DNA from: Octopus sinensis
Taxonomy: Eukaryota
Direction of reading: 5' to 3'
Length of the DNA stretch: 64,000 nt
Assembly: GCF_006345805.1 (NCBI RefSeq)
Contig: NC_043006.1
Location: 18,662,001 to 18,726,000, forward strand
The notes beneath the pieces are model-generated. The model did not search any database. It had not been told where the DNA came from and saw only the letters and a program-made list of their open reading frames with translations. Shown piece after piece: positions 38,321 through 52,148 of the stretch (its first letter is position 1; every line of letters begins with the position of its first letter). A program made the translations under genes and the position numbers.

Positions 38321-39506
38321 GGCACATTAGTAATGATAAAAAAAATAATGGTTTCAAATTCCACCACAAGGGCAGCAATTTAGGGAGGGGGGGGAGGATT
38401 TGTCGATTTCCTCGACCACAGTATTTCACCGGTACTTATTCTATCGAACCCGAAACGATGAAGAGTAAAGTCGACTGCGGCGGAATTTGAACTCAGATCG
38501 ACGCGACGGTCGAAATACCGCTCGGTATTTCGTCCATCGCGCTAACGATTCTGCCAGCTCGTTGCCTTCGAGTTGTTGATAATACTAGAGCATCTTTAGA
38601 ATACTTAAAGCGTACACATATTGTATGTGAGCTTGCAGCTGTGCTGTATTTATGAAGCAATCTCTTACAGTCGGATGGATGGCATTTTTTGCAGCCATAT
38701 TTCTGATAAAAGCTGGAAAGTGTTATAAATGTTTTGTATAAATGTTTCTTTCACACCAAGGCTATGAAATACTAGACAACTTGTCTTCCACTGAGTATCA
38801 ATACAACATTCAGTTCTCTTTTCGTATAGACTTCAAAACACATAGTTTCCTCCTCATCATTGTATTCTTTCAATGTATTTTGAGCGAACATTTTCGATAT
38901 AATATAGGATGAAAAATGGAATGATGTGGTGCAAACTGAAGCTGACAGAATAAATTCAATTCCCTATTATCTACAGTTTCTTATTTACTAATTGATTAGT
39001 AAATAAACGCATACACATGTGAAACAGATGTAATAGTTGACCGGGAGACTTTCGGAATAGATATTATTACCTCGTGAGGAAGCGAAAAGGCAAGAAAGTG
39101 GGTGATTGATTCTTATGCGAAATAATTATTTGTCCAAAGCACTCGACATTTTGTACATTTATTTCTTAATTCTTTCGTAAGCAAAAGAAAATGTGCTGAA
39201 TGATAAGAGTACAGTACCTAAAATAGTATATGGAAATATTGTTTTCAAATATTGGCACAAGGCCAGTAATATCTGAGGAGGGCGTAAGTCGATTAAATCG
39301 ACCCAGTGTTCAGCTGGTACTTATTTTATCGACCCCGAAAAGATAAAAGGCGAAGTTGGCCTTGGGAAAAATTGAACTCAGAACGCAAAGACAGATGATA
39401 TACCGCTAAGCATGTTTCCCGGCGTGCTAACGATTCTGTCAGCTCACCGCCTTAATCTTTAGCACTAATATTTGCTTCAAATCTTGACACACACACAAAA
39501 AAATCT

Positions 39507-39704
39507 AAGGTGATTTATTAATAGAATATCCACTAAATAATCATACTTTTTCACATTTTTTTCGCTAAAATCTTTCCCGATTACCTCTTTCGTAATCCCG
39601 AAAAACATCGCGATCATTGGTCCAGCTGTTTGAACGTGAAGCGGGAACAGACAGACGGACAGACGGACATAACACTCATTATAGTAAGATACCTTTACGC
39701 GCAA
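39507..39704 (-). mobile_element. Helitron/Helentron-type non-autonomous fragment, copy 1
   Basis: Minus strand TCTTACTATAAT...(GTCY)n...GGACCAATGATCGCGATGTTTTTCGGG; second copy at 42110-42330. Confidence 0.55.
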
Positions 39705-40151
39705 CGTTGTTAATTCATATATCTCCCACGTTTGTTTTTGGTGTCATTTTCTGATACAATCACATTTTCTCAGTTGCATCAACCATATTCAAACATATCT
39801 AAGGAGGAACCTGACTTAATTATTACATGCAACATTAGTAACAAGTTTCATTTTTGTCGAGTCATCTTTATGATAATATGACATTCTTTATCTATCGCCA
39901 TCTTTTTGTCTTTTTCTCCATTGTGTACGCTTACGGTTCAAATTCGTCTTGGTATTATCAAACATGAAGGAAAAGTTCGGGGTCGATGTATTGTGCATTT
40001 CTTCTTGAGTATTTTAATCGTTTGAGACAAATATTTCTTTTCTAGATCGCTTTAGAGGGTGACTTAATATTATATTACGATACTTAGTAACATGCAAATT
40101 TAGCAGCTCATTAACCATCCAGTATATTCATCTTCATAGTAACTAAAGCAT

Positions 40152-40558
40152 AGGCGTAGGAGTGGCTGTGTGGTAAGTAGCTTGCTTACCAACCACATGG
40201 TTCCGGGTTCAGTCCCACTGCGTGGCACCTTGGGCAAGTGTTTTCACTATAGCCTCGAGGCGACCAAAGCCATGTGAGTGGATTTGGTAGAAGGAAACTG
40301 AAAGAAGCCCGTCGTATATATATGTATGTGTGAGTGTATATGTATTTGTGTCTGTGTTTGTCCTCCCATCATCGCTTGACAACCGATGCTGGCGTGTTTA
40401 CGCCCCCGTAACCTAGCGGTTCGGCAAAAGGGACCGACAGAGTAAGTACTAGGCTTACAAAGAATAAGTCCTGGGGTCGATTTGCTCGACTAAAGGTGGT
40501 GCTCCAGCATGGACACAGTCAAATTACTGAAAGAAGTAAAAGAGTAAAAGAGTAAAAG
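40152..40558 (+). mobile_element. SINE family B
   Basis: Full-length match with (AGTAAAAG)n tail. Confidence 0.9.
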
Positions 40559-40900
40559 CAAATTATTTACCATCGGTTTCGACGATAAAAATCTAGTCGT
40601 TCGGTGAACTGAAGTACTTCGTCATTGAATTAGTTCGTCGGTAATGTAAATGATTTAATATTCCACTGACACGTGTAACTTGAACGTAATCGTCAAGCAG
40701 AATCAGAATGACGTAGTGAATGATAAGGTTGGACTACCTTATTTCAGATACAATCAATCCAAGGCTTCTCAATGCAGGTTACGTCTACATACTTTCACTC
40801 ACAAGTGAAACAAAATAAATCTAAAAGAAATTTGTACAAGTTGCCACGCAATGAAATAAGAAAGGGGACATTGTACTTGCGAAGTGAACTTGTTAACCAT

Positions 40901-41288
40901 GGATGGAAGCACTCCGTCGGTTACGACGACGAGGGTTCCGGTTGATCCGAATCAACGGAACAGCCTGCTCGTGAAATTAACGTGTAAGTGGCTGAGCACT
41001 CCACAGACACGTGTACCCTTAACGTAGTTCTCGGGGATATTCAGCGTGACACAGAGAGTGACAAGGCCGGCCCTTTGAAATACAGGTACAACAGAAACAG
41101 GAAGTAAGAGTGAGAGAATGTTGTGGTGAAAGAGTACAGCAGGGATCACCACCATCCCCTGCCGGAGCCTCGTGGAGCTTTAGGTGCTTTCACTCAATAA
41201 ACACTCACAACGTCCGGTCTGGGAATCGAAACCGCGATCCTATGACCGCGAGTCCGCTGCCCTAACCACTGGGCCATTGCGCCTCCAC
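40901..41288 (-). mobile_element. SINE family A
   Basis: TSD TTGTTAACCAT. Confidence 0.92.
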
Positions 41289-41756
41289 TTTGTTAACCAT
41301 AGTCATACTGGTTAATAAATATATATTCTACGTAAGGGGAAAAAGTGGTGTGAAATTCAACATATTTATATAATATTACCGTTCAATGTGGCAAAGAAAA
41401 ATAAAATAAAATAAAGACTGTAGCATTGATGGAATGATATATTTCCCTGGTTTCTAAACCCCATGATGATTTAATGAAAAGTTATGAAATTTAATTTCAA
41501 ATTAATTGCTCGCTATTTTAGTTCCACGATCATTGGAATTCTAAGTAACAATCTTTTGGATCTCATGTTACTCTTAGCAGAAAATATTTTATATGTAAAA
41601 AATAATATATTTTAAAGCTAAAGGCAAGACTTTAATGTAAATAGTTATTTATTCAAGTTTATGTAAATTTTAGTATCCCATTAAATAGCGTTTTGTTTTT
41701 TAATAAAACGTTATAATATAATACGATTCCTACAATAAACCGATAGATTCTGCCAT

Positions 41757-41798
<42 letters not shown>

Positions 41799-42109
41799 AG
41801 AAAGAGAGAAAAAAAGAGGGAGATGTTAATATCTGGATCTGGAAGCAGGTTTGAAGGTCGGGTGAAGAAGTTTGCTTAGGAATATGATTCGAGGTTCGAT
41901 TCTTAAGGAAAGTAATTTGGGCCATCATCTTCCACCATAGCTTCCAGCTGACTTGCGGTAAGACTAACATGTTAGGCAGGAATTGTGCAAAAACCTTTGT
42001 GTATATATGTGTATATATGCACGCGTGTGAGTGTGTGTATGTTTGAGCGTACATGTGAGTATGAGTGAAATTATTTATATACTTATGTAGTAAGATTGTC
42101 CGGCGTTTA

Positions 42110-42330
42110 AAGGTGATTTATTAATACAAAACTCAATATCCACTAAATAATCATACTTTTTTTTTTACATTTCTTTCGCTAAAAACCTTCCTGATTACCT
42201 CCTTCGTAATCCCAAAAAACATCGTGACCATTGTTCCAGCCGTTTGAACGTGAAGCGGGAACAGACAGACGGGCATACGGACAGACAGATGAACATAACA
42301 CCCATTATAGTAAGATACCTTTACGCGCAA
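42110..42330 (-). mobile_element. Helitron/Helentron-type non-autonomous fragment, copy 2
   Basis: Matches 39507-39704; both end at ACCTTTACGCGCAA. Confidence 0.55.
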
Positions 42331-42511
42331 ATTCTGTAAGAAGCTTAACTAAATTATTTAAAGTATTTCATGTCCATTTCTGTGGTTTTATTTCAAATCT
42401 TTTGAGTATCGATTTTACATTTCTTTCATGTGTAGAAAAATAAACGTGTGTACAAGTCATATACAAATATAGCATTACAAGTCAAACACTACAAATGCAT
42501 TTATTAGTAAA

Positions 42512-43028
42512 CCTATATATATAAAACTGTAGTTGTGTGAGTGTCTGTCTCCTACGATTTAGATTCCTAACTCCTCCCACATTTTGCGGTGCAGTTTAAC
42601 CAAATCCGGGTATCTTATAGTCGTGATTAATATCGAGCCCGTCTGGCCATTAGCGCGCGTCTACGGTGAGTCTACGATTTTAAAAATAATTTAACATCAT
42701 TTTTTATTCCATTTTAATGCATAATTTTTCGTGTGTCGATGGAGGCGGAGTTGGCGTCTACGCTCAAACACCTGCACCTGTGTTTGCTTCTCCCCCTTCT
42801 TCCCTCCCTCGTGAAGCTGTGGGGAAGGGAGTTTAAGGAAATCAACGTCGTAATGCGTTGTCAAGGAGACCAGCGTTCTTTTAGAACAACGACTTCATGG
42901 CTTGAAGACACCAAAACAGAAATGGCTAAGAAATCCCGAATTGGCATCTATAAAGGAAGTAACTCTCTAAAAATGCTTATATAGTTATTTCCCTTACAAA
43001 CCCGAGCAACGCCGGGCGATACTGCTAG
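42512..43028 (+). mobile_element. Non-autonomous Helitron
   Basis: Starts CCTATATATATAAAA (TC start mutated), ends CCCGAGCAACGCCGGG hairpin + CTAG|T; shares both ends with 3587-3968 but has a different interior. Confidence 0.85.
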
Positions 43029-43249
43029 TATGTTATAAAATATAAACAGCAAAGTCTCTCACTAGCACCACCAGGAGGAACATCATCAGTACACCAGGCC
43101 TTGTTTATGTTTCAGCCATTTAAGTATTGTACTTCACTTCTCTGCATAGATGGCCAGTACTGCATAAGTATGTCCTATACAGTACCCCTTGATGCAAAAC
43201 AACCGACCTCTCTTTACTATTCCATCTCACATCCAGCCACACCCAAGCA

Positions 43250-43560
43250 TGAATCCCTCTCCTGACAGTGGGTCAAGCAAAACCCTACACGAATTGCTGA
43301 CTGTCCTCTGATATATTCTCCATCCTTTTACCTTGTACTTCACCGCCAATTTACCATATTTATGCGCATTCCACTCTTTTGGTTCTTCCATCTTCATCTC
43401 CTACAACTCAGCCCAGTTCAAGATGGTTATATGACATGCCACCCCTGATTCAAGACCAAACAAGGTTCCTGTTGTGCTTACCACTGCAGCTGGCATGGCG
43501 TGCTTCCCTTTCTCATCCACTAACATCTCTCAGTTATTTGTCATTGCTAACATCGTACAA
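43250..43560 (-). pseudogene. RLE endonuclease-domain fragment of a HERO/R2-like LINE
   Basis: MLVDEK...LVWS...MEEPKEWNAHKYGKLAVKYKVKGWR...GF resembles RPDIVLWS / EEAxERKxxKY / GW...EVGCRGF. Confidence 0.5.
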
Positions 43561-44798
43561 TTACCAAGGAAGCATGCAAGGTTTCCGTCTCTCTTCTTTC
43601 GCCCCTCATTCATATATTTACCTACGCTAGTCCCATAGTCTTCCTAATTTGCAATCTGCCTGAGGCCTTGCATGTGCATCTCGATTTAAACTTAGAGAAA
43701 AAATACACAGCAAGACAATTATACTCCTTGACTTCTTGGAGGACTTGCATATCTTGCATTTATCAATTCCCTATGTTTTATGGTTCATTAGAGTTGTGAC
43801 ACATAGATGTGAAACCAATTACAAAACGGACTGTTTCTAATAACATTGAAAGTAGATCGTTCCACGAAATTTGTTTCCGTTTGACTTGGTCCCAATGTAC
43901 CCATGCGCACAGAAATCTCTGTTGTGCTGCCATTGTGACATTACCGTTCTCCTACTTCTCTTCTTCTTGCAGTCGTCTATGTCTCTCCAACTCTGTAAAC
44001 ATAATCACGGCTTTGTATTCAATATTTAGATAGCCTACAGAAGGACTTCGAAATGAAAGGAAACCTTCGATGAATGAAGTTAGAGATCGCATTTCAAATC
44101 ATTTCGGGAAAAGATAATGGCACTAAACTTCCTAACTTCCCTTTGAAAAACACACGGGTATATGTTATATTCCCAAAAGTAACGAATATTAAGTTTACTG
44201 TTCTGTGACCAGGGAACAACTCTGTGAATAGATAATGTGCTTTAAACTTGTTCTTAAACAACGCTTTGAAATAGCAGTTATTTTTGTCTACAGACAAGCT
44301 AACATCTTGTCATCAAATATAAATTTAAAAGTTGTAAACCAAACATTTTTATCACATTCACGAAGAGAAGTGATATGACTTGAGATTCTTATCTCTAGAA
44401 TAATTGCACTTAGTAAAAGAAATCGATACTGTATGCTACATAGTATTGATTTCAGCTTTTATTTTGCCTTAATCCAGGTCTGGCTAGTCAATAAATATTT
44501 TACGTAACGGAAAAAAAGTCGTGTGAAATGTTTTGAAATGGAATTATATAGGTGTGAATGGAATAAGAATCACACTGATAATGGGCACTAACAAAAAAAG
44601 CAAACATAGTAAATGCATTTAACGATTTAAGCTTTTGAAAGTTTCTTAATCATTCGTTTAATATGGAATTCATTTTAAGTTTGCATGTCGTGCAGAGATG
44701 ACATAGCTGACGTCGTTTCGAGACTGAGACTTTGTCTGATGGAAAACAGACGTTTGAACTAGGTATATAAGTTTATGGAAACTATTAAAGGGTAGACT

Positions 44799-44841
<43 letters not shown>

Positions 44842-46448
44842 GGAGGTAATATGTAATGTATTGAAAATGAAAAATGAATATAAATTTGTAATAAAAAAAA
44901 TAAAAAATAGTAAAAAGATTCAGTGTTTGTTTTGCCATAATAAAAAGCAATAGATGGAAATGATGATGTTCAATCTATATGTGTGTTGCGTGTGTGCGGG
45001 ACAAAGTTCCTTTTCTCCATATTTGAGCGCGTTGGTCTATTAGTCTCTTCTTGTACACACTCACAATTATATTCTGTGTCCACTCTCCGAACACACTTCG
45101 TCGCATGATTTGATTGACTCCTACATACAAACACAGTTAAATTCGCTATTCTCCGCAAAAAAATATACACCAAACTTTGTCACGTGCGTCCATTCACCAT
45201 AGAAATGTAGAAATCGAAGTTTTAAATTACTCTGTAATTTTTAAATTCAAATTGTTTTAATAATCTATCTAATATGATTTTGTATGCTTACACCCACCTC
45301 TGTACTCTCGCACAGCAATATTCTCAATAGTATCTAAGACACGAAACATCAGTTTCCTCTTCTTTTCCCGACATACTAATGTATCCGAACTCATTCACTA
45401 CATTGCATAATTAATTTTGAAGACACAGATCAAAATCGGAGTCCTTGTTTGATGTTTCATTGACTCACTGTTAGGTAATATTTGTAATATTCACACCTCT
45501 TTCAGAATTTACAGAGAGGCGATCTTAGGGAGTTTAGGACAATCAGATGAGGTGTCAACCCTTTGTATCCTCTGAATAGTACTGCGATATGTCCTTGAGT
45601 GAGAGACTTAAATCTGAGCGAACCTGTACATTTAGCTACAAGAATATTGGAGAAGAATTATTTTCCGATCCGACCAAATTACTGTAAAACAGTAATTCAT
45701 GATGTAAAGTATAGAAGCCATCTTATCATGGCTAACCACATAGGGGAGGGGGTGTTACTGTAGCTTTATAGCCCCAAGAGATCGTCGTCTCTAGCTGGCT
45801 TTAGACACCATATCAGCGCCTTTGAAGTATTTGCAAAGAGAGGCCATCCCTTCCTCGCAAGCCTGAGTGATAGGCTCGGACTAGTTTCGGGATATTTGTC
45901 CCTTGTCAACGGGCGGTAACCACCAGGATGCGACGAAAGTGAAGGCTTCCTTGCAAATATATAAGAGTTTTTCGAGTCTGGTTTATAAACTTTTGCGGAA
46001 CTCATCTTTGGTCTTGGTATATCGTCGCTCTTGGGGCATTAAACTGATTCTAGAAGAGAACTCAACTGATCAATTATCATTCAATAATAAATTGGATAAC
46101 GTTTCAATAGCCTTCACTTTTTTCTCCGATGATACTCTCGCTAGTATCCCCCAAATTATTTTTGTTATATGAAAGAAAACTATGTACGCTTTTTGAACAA
46201 TTATAAATTATATTCGTTAAAAGTTGCTTGGTTCTCAGATATTTAGTTACTCTTACGTAAGCTGTACACTAAAATCTGTTATGGTCGATTTTGTCGCTCA
46301 CGTTTCCAAGATGAATAAGCAAAGAACAACTCAAACACTTGGGTTGATAAATCCCACACTTCCACGTACAAATTGAAAATTATTGAAATATTGTTTGTTG
46401 CAATATTCAATATGGAAATTCTAGAGATACATGAATAAGTATGTCCAT

Positions 46449-46815
46449 GGATGGAAGCACTCCGTCGGTTACGACGATTAGGGTTCCGGTTGATCCGAAT
46501 CAACGGAACAGCCTGCTCGTGAAATTAACGTGTAAGTGGCTGAGCACTCCACAGACACGTGTACCCTTAACGTAGTTCTCGGGGATATTCAGCGTGACAC
46601 AGAGAGTGATAAGGCCGGCCCCTTGAAATACAGGTACAACAGAAACAGGAAGTAAGAGTGAGGGAAAGTTGTGGTGAAAGAGTACAGCAGGGATCACCAC
46701 CATCCCCTGCCGGAGCCTCGTGGAACTTTTAGGTGTTTTCGCTCAATAAACACTCACAACGCCCGGTGTGGGAATCGAAACCGCTGCCCTAACCACTGGG
46801 CCATTGCGCCTCCAC
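46449..46815 (-). mobile_element. SINE family A with a short deletion in the tRNA-like head
   Basis: TSD AGTATGTCCAT. Confidence 0.9.
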
Positions 46816-47137
46816 AGTATGTCCATACCTGCCTGAATACAGAAACACAAATATATGCATGGCACCAACGCCATGTAATTTTTTGGCCGGTTAACAATAC
46901 AGCTACAGCCTGAAAGCGTCAGATTGCAAGATATAAGAAAAAGCAAAACAAAACTAAAAACGTTAAAACATTACTGAGAACTCATCTATCTAAATATAGG
47001 AGCATCCTCGCGGAAGACTTGAAGGAAAAAATATCAATAGAAAAATATTATGCAAACCTAAACATAGAAATAACGTCACCTGCCACCAAATTAACGCTCA
47101 CACAAGTGTAGCACTAACTTTTTTATAACTGGAAACT

Positions 47138-47553
47138 GGCGCAGGAGTGGCTGTGTGGTAAGTAGCTTGCTTATCAACCACATGGTTCCAGGTTCAGTCC
47201 CACTGCGTGGCATCTTGGGCAAGTGTCTTCTGCTATAGCCCCGGGCTGACCAATGCCTTGTGAGTGGATTTGGTAGACGGAAACTGAAAGAAACCTGTCG
47301 TATATATGTATATGTATATATATGTATGTTTGTGTATATGTTTGTGTGTCTGTGTTTGTCCCCTCATCATCGCTTGACAACCGATGCTGGTGTGTTTACG
47401 TCCCCGTCACTTAGCGGTTCGGCAAAAAGAGACCGATAGAATAAGTACTGGGCTTACAAAGAATAAGTCTCGGGGTCGATTTGCTCGACTAAAGGCGGTG
47501 CTCCAGCATGACCGCAGTCAAATGACTGAAACAAGTAAAAGAGTAAAAGAGTA
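47138..47553 (+). mobile_element. SINE family B
   Basis: Full-length match. Confidence 0.9.
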
Positions 47554-48096
47554 TATGAAAAACAAAATTAATTGAAGCCTGATTAATAGGATGCATTTAT
47601 ACCAAGTGTACCAATGATTATCGGTACCTAGGAAACGACCAAAATACATTTGACACTAAAATGTTTCCAGCCATAAGGTGAGATAGAAAAATATCCTGAG
47701 GCGTCTATGGAATATATTGTTAGGTATTTTCACTTTTGTTTTGGCTGTATATTTGGCATTCAATGATTTTCAAACATATATATTCCTTTTGAAGAGCTTT
47801 TAATGTTCATGAGTGGCGGAGAAATGTTTGTATTATATCATCGATCGGAAATTATTTTCTATATTAGATGCTACGTTTATGATACAGTAAATAGGGAGTG
47901 AGTTCAATGAGTTAATGCATTTTTTTTTCTGTTTCTATGTTATGTGATATTGTTCCATATATTTTTGTTTCTATGATTTATGTTCCTTTTCCTCGAAGCT
48001 ACCGCAAGCAATACCCAAACAAGCCACTACTACGCAATGAAGTAAGAGAAATATGGTAGAATAATTCCACAAAAAAAACCCCATTTTATAGAAGCA

Positions 48097-50520
48097 CTAG
48101 CAGCATAGCCCGGCGTTGCCCGGGTATGTAAGAAACTTTGTCGATAAGCAATGCCCTTACCTTCTTACCCTTTTTTTGTACTCATTGAACCACTATTTTG
48201 TAAAATGAAGTCTAAAAGGCATTAAGGCATTCAAGGCACCGTTTCCTTGCATGCATGAAGAAAATCAATGAAAGTCAAAGTGCATTTTCTGGTTTTGTTT
48301 AGCACACCCAACCCAGTTCTGCGGGATCAGTGTCGCGACGGGAACGCATGGGTTGGGAGTTTGACAGGCAGAGGTGATAAGGTTGCACATGCCGGCCCTT
48401 TTGACACCGCCCCACGAACACAAGTTGGATTCGGACTACAGCTAAGCCCTAACTAATCCTAACTTAAGTCTAGCGAAAGGGGGCTCGGGAGCCTCTAATA
48501 GGCAACGACTAATCCCGATCTAGTCCTGGTCTGGAGTTTCGGCAGATCGAGCCATGGCTGTGCTCGCGGCGTTAGCAGCTTGGCGAGCACTCTTCTGTTG
48601 AGGTGTTTCGGCAGATCGGGCCATGGCTGTGTTTGCGGCGTCAGCAGCTTGGCGAATTCTCCTCTGCTGTGGGGTTTCGACAGATCGTGTCCTGGCGGTG
48701 CTAGCGGCGTTAGCCGCATTCCGAATGGCCCTTTGTTCGGGGTTCTCGCGAGTTCTGCGGATGGAAGCACAGGAAAAAGCCCGCATGTTTTGGCTGGACT
48801 GTTGCTCTTTCGTCAACCTCGAGTGGAGGGAAGATCTGTACGCTGCGGCCCTTGCAAGTCGGCTAGAACGGTCGCTAGTAGTTTCAGATGCCTGAGCAGC
48901 GGCAGAACGGGAAGCTTTTTGCGAGAGGCGCAAGGCGGTTTCCTCGTGGGTCTCGCGTGCCCTTCTAGCCCTAGCAGCCGATGCCTTGGCCGTCCGAGGA
49001 TCCTTCTCATTTTGGAACACGTGGGGTAAGTATCCCAAAATGTATAAAAATGTACAAAAACGGCAAAAAAGCGGGCAGCAATGTGAGTGACAACAACGAA
49101 AAAGCGAAAAGTGACCAAACTGAACAAACGAATGGAAAAGGTTTTTTGGTGCATACGACAAAAGCGGCTTATAATAAACCAAGAGTTTGCAAGTAGAGTC
49201 CGAGGACCCTTAGGGTACGTCAAAAATTTAAGGTAAAACGTTTGGGGTGGTAGTTATAAAGAAAGTTTAAACAAAAAAAGTATTCGAATAACTTGCGGCT
49301 GCAGCCGCGATTAGCAGAAGTAGGCCAACGTGTGAAGCGAGCGGGTGTGAACCGAGAGAAAAAGTGGGAGTCACAAACTATTCGCGCACAACTGAGTGTG
49401 TCAGTGCATGTGATTGCCCAAAGGGTATTTAATTGAGAGCATTGTTCACCGTTTGGGGAGCCAATGGGAAGAGCTGCAATCATCGTGTCAAGGACACGCG
49501 CGCACGTGCGCACACAACCGCAAACGCATCTACAGCCCATCATTGCTCAGATTTGAAGCAAAAGGAAAACATACCATTTCTAGTAATCTAGAATCGCCTG
49601 AAATTCGCCAACTATTTAACAAAAGTCAGTTTTGTAGGGTTCGCATGGTCGGTCTCAAAGTGATATGGTTTTGTCGATTTCTCCCAATACTTGTTAACTG
49701 CATTGACAAAAGATCGTTAGTTTGACATTTAATGCAAACTTGATGTCCAACATCGGTGTAGGGAAAATCTATGTGAACTTTCAAAAAATATCGCAGAAGA
49801 ATCGGTTTGCTATGTGTTCCACGTATGATGTAATTAACCAATTTTTTCCAGTAATAGCGTATCCTATTGGAATCAAAAGGGCCATATAGCTCCTTGGGGC
49901 AGACATGATGCTCGCTGGGAATTTCAAAAAAATTCCTGCCAATTTGTTAAAGATATTGTCGAAAATATGTCATCTTGAATTTGAAGGCGATTTCCCAAAA
50001 TTGCATGATTTTATCGATTTTTTCTTATGGTAAGGTATTGCATGGAAAACTAATGGCAGAATTAAGTTCCTTAGGGTAACATTAAGCTTCACCATGAGTT
50101 TGGTGAAAATCGATTGCAAGTTGCGAAAACTACAACGGAAAATGTGTTGCATATGATAAGCTTAGATTCTCGACCCCATATCGAATTTATCGACTTTTTT
50201 TTCAGAACTGGGGGAACTTTTCAACATTTCCGCTGCGTTAGTTTTGAATTATGACATTGGGCTATGTGTATGTCAAGTTTCATCAGAATCGGTTGAAAGC
50301 CGTGGTCAGGGTGAGGGTACAACCTGACAGACACACAGACAGACAAACTGCCTTTTATATATAGAGAGATTTCAGAACTGGGGGAACTTTTCAAAATTTT
50401 GGCTGCGTTAGTTTTGAATTATGACATTGGGCTATGTGTGTGTCAAGTTTCATCAGAATCGGTTGAAAGCCGTGGTCACCGACACACAGACAGACAAATT
50501 GCCTTTTATATATAGAGAGA
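48097..50520 (-). mobile_element. 2.4-kb internally deleted Helitron with duplicated 5' end
   Basis: Minus strand A|TCTCTCTATATATAAAAGGC start (at 50520 and again at 50369); 3' CCCGGGCAACGCCGGG hairpin + CTAG|T at 48097; no Rep or helicase motifs seen. Confidence 0.85.
48520..49010 (-). CDS. Helitron-borne ORF with six tandem 23-aa STPR-like repeats (N-terminal remnant; start uncertain)
   Basis: ETHEETALRLSQKASRSAAAQAS / ETTSDRSSRLARAAAYRSSLHSR / LTKEQQSSQNMRAFSCASIRRTR / ENPEQRAIRNAANAASTARTRSV / ETPQQRRIRQAADAANTAMARSA / ETPQQKSARQAANAASTAMARSA; 69-bp DNA period; nearest ATG (49010) is out of frame. Confidence 0.6.
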
Positions 50521-51763
50521 TATTTAGTTAGCAAATAAATTCTGGCAATACCATAATTGATACGAGATTTAAACAAAATATGATAGAAAGAAAAGGAAGC
50601 TGAATAAAATGCAGTCAATGAGATTATAATAAAGGAGATAATAATATGAAATGAAATGTGACGATAATAAAAACTTTAGTCTCAACATTAGGTACCCTGA
50701 GTTTAAAAATCGATAAAGATCATATTCTACAAAGAAACAATGGGGACAAAGTTTCTTCCGTAATTCACCTGTTGTAGTAAAAATACTTTGTGCATGAAAC
50801 TTGCAGTCACTCCCTGAAATATACAGGAATCGCGTATGCATTTCATTAAATTTCACGAACCGTGTTCTGATAACGAATTCTAAAACTGGTGGCCCAGAAA
50901 ACGATTAGACAAGCAACATGCCGCCGATGTTAGAGAGGATGGAATAACAAAATGGCTAATTACAAACTAGACAGCGCATTCAGTATTGCAGTTTAAGTAC
51001 GTGAGAAAAAGTACCTGTTTCGAGAGGCCCACAGAAATGTGGGGAGTGACACTCCATTTTGGGGAGATGGCCAGCTTTATGAGTCAAGAGCTTGAATGGT
51101 AACACGAGCGTATCATTCTCCATGCCATCCTATTATAATATGTAACGTAGGTACCCTAATGAAGCAACTTATTAACGTATCATTTTGTGAGGTATCGTAC
51201 GGTTAAACATATGCCCATAGGAAGATGGGTGGGATATTGTTCTACTTGTAATTATGTTTCTTATGATATTGTATAAATACTGATGAGGTCAATGCTGCCT
51301 TTCATCCTTTCGAAGTCGATAGAATGCATGAAAATAAATTACTGTGGTCGATGTAGTCGTCGAACACCCTCTTACGGGCCCTGCACCAAAGTTTGAGACA
51401 GTTATCATACCAGCGATTTCCTCACTTATAGAGGGTGAATATTTTACCGAAATCACAAAGGTCAGGCAAAAGGCTGAGGGGATATCCTACTGTACGAGTG
51501 ACAAACAAATTGGTTGTTTCTCTAGAGAAGTCCACTTTTCACACGGGCGGACTTTTACTGCTATATTTACAATCGTACACAGATGTAGAGAAAACAAAAC
51601 ATTACGTAGAGGTAAAAGAAGTTGAATAGAATATAACCAAAAGCATAGGAGTAACAAAGCCACAGAATTTCTTTCACCAGCTCTCCACCAGAGATCAACT
51701 TGATTTCGACACCTTACTGACATAAAAATTTCTTTCAGGTATCCTGGAGGAGTATAACCTACT

Positions 51764-52148
51764 GTGGAGGCGCAATGGCCCAGTGGTTAGGGCAGCGGAC
51801 TCGCGGTCATAGGATCGCGGTTTCGATTCCCAGACCGGGCGTTGTGAGTGTTTATTGAGCGAAAACACCTAAAAAGAAGCTCCACGAGACTCCGGCAGGG
51901 GATGGTGGTGATCCCTGCTGTACTCTTTCACCACAACTTTCTCTCACTCTTACTTCCTGTACCTGTATTTCAAGGGGCCGGCCTTGTCACTCTCTGTGTC
52001 ACGCTGAATATCCCCGAGAACTACGTTAAGGGTGCACGTGTCTGTGGAGTGCTCAGCCACTTACACGTTAATTTCACGAGCAGGCTGTTCCGTTGATTCG
52101 GATCAACCGGAACCCTCATCGTCATAACCGACGGAGTGCTTCCATTCC
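51764..52148 (+). mobile_element. SINE family A
   Basis: TSD ATAACCTACT. Confidence 0.92.

Noticed and set aside
43800-46150. Complex, less AT-rich stretches (about 43800-44030, 44970-45170, 45760-46150) that could hide host exons or a promoter; 10-bp inverted GCCCCAAGAG at about 45770/46030
   Set aside because: No recognisable protein motif, stops in the plausible frames, and the inverted repeat is too short with no TSD.
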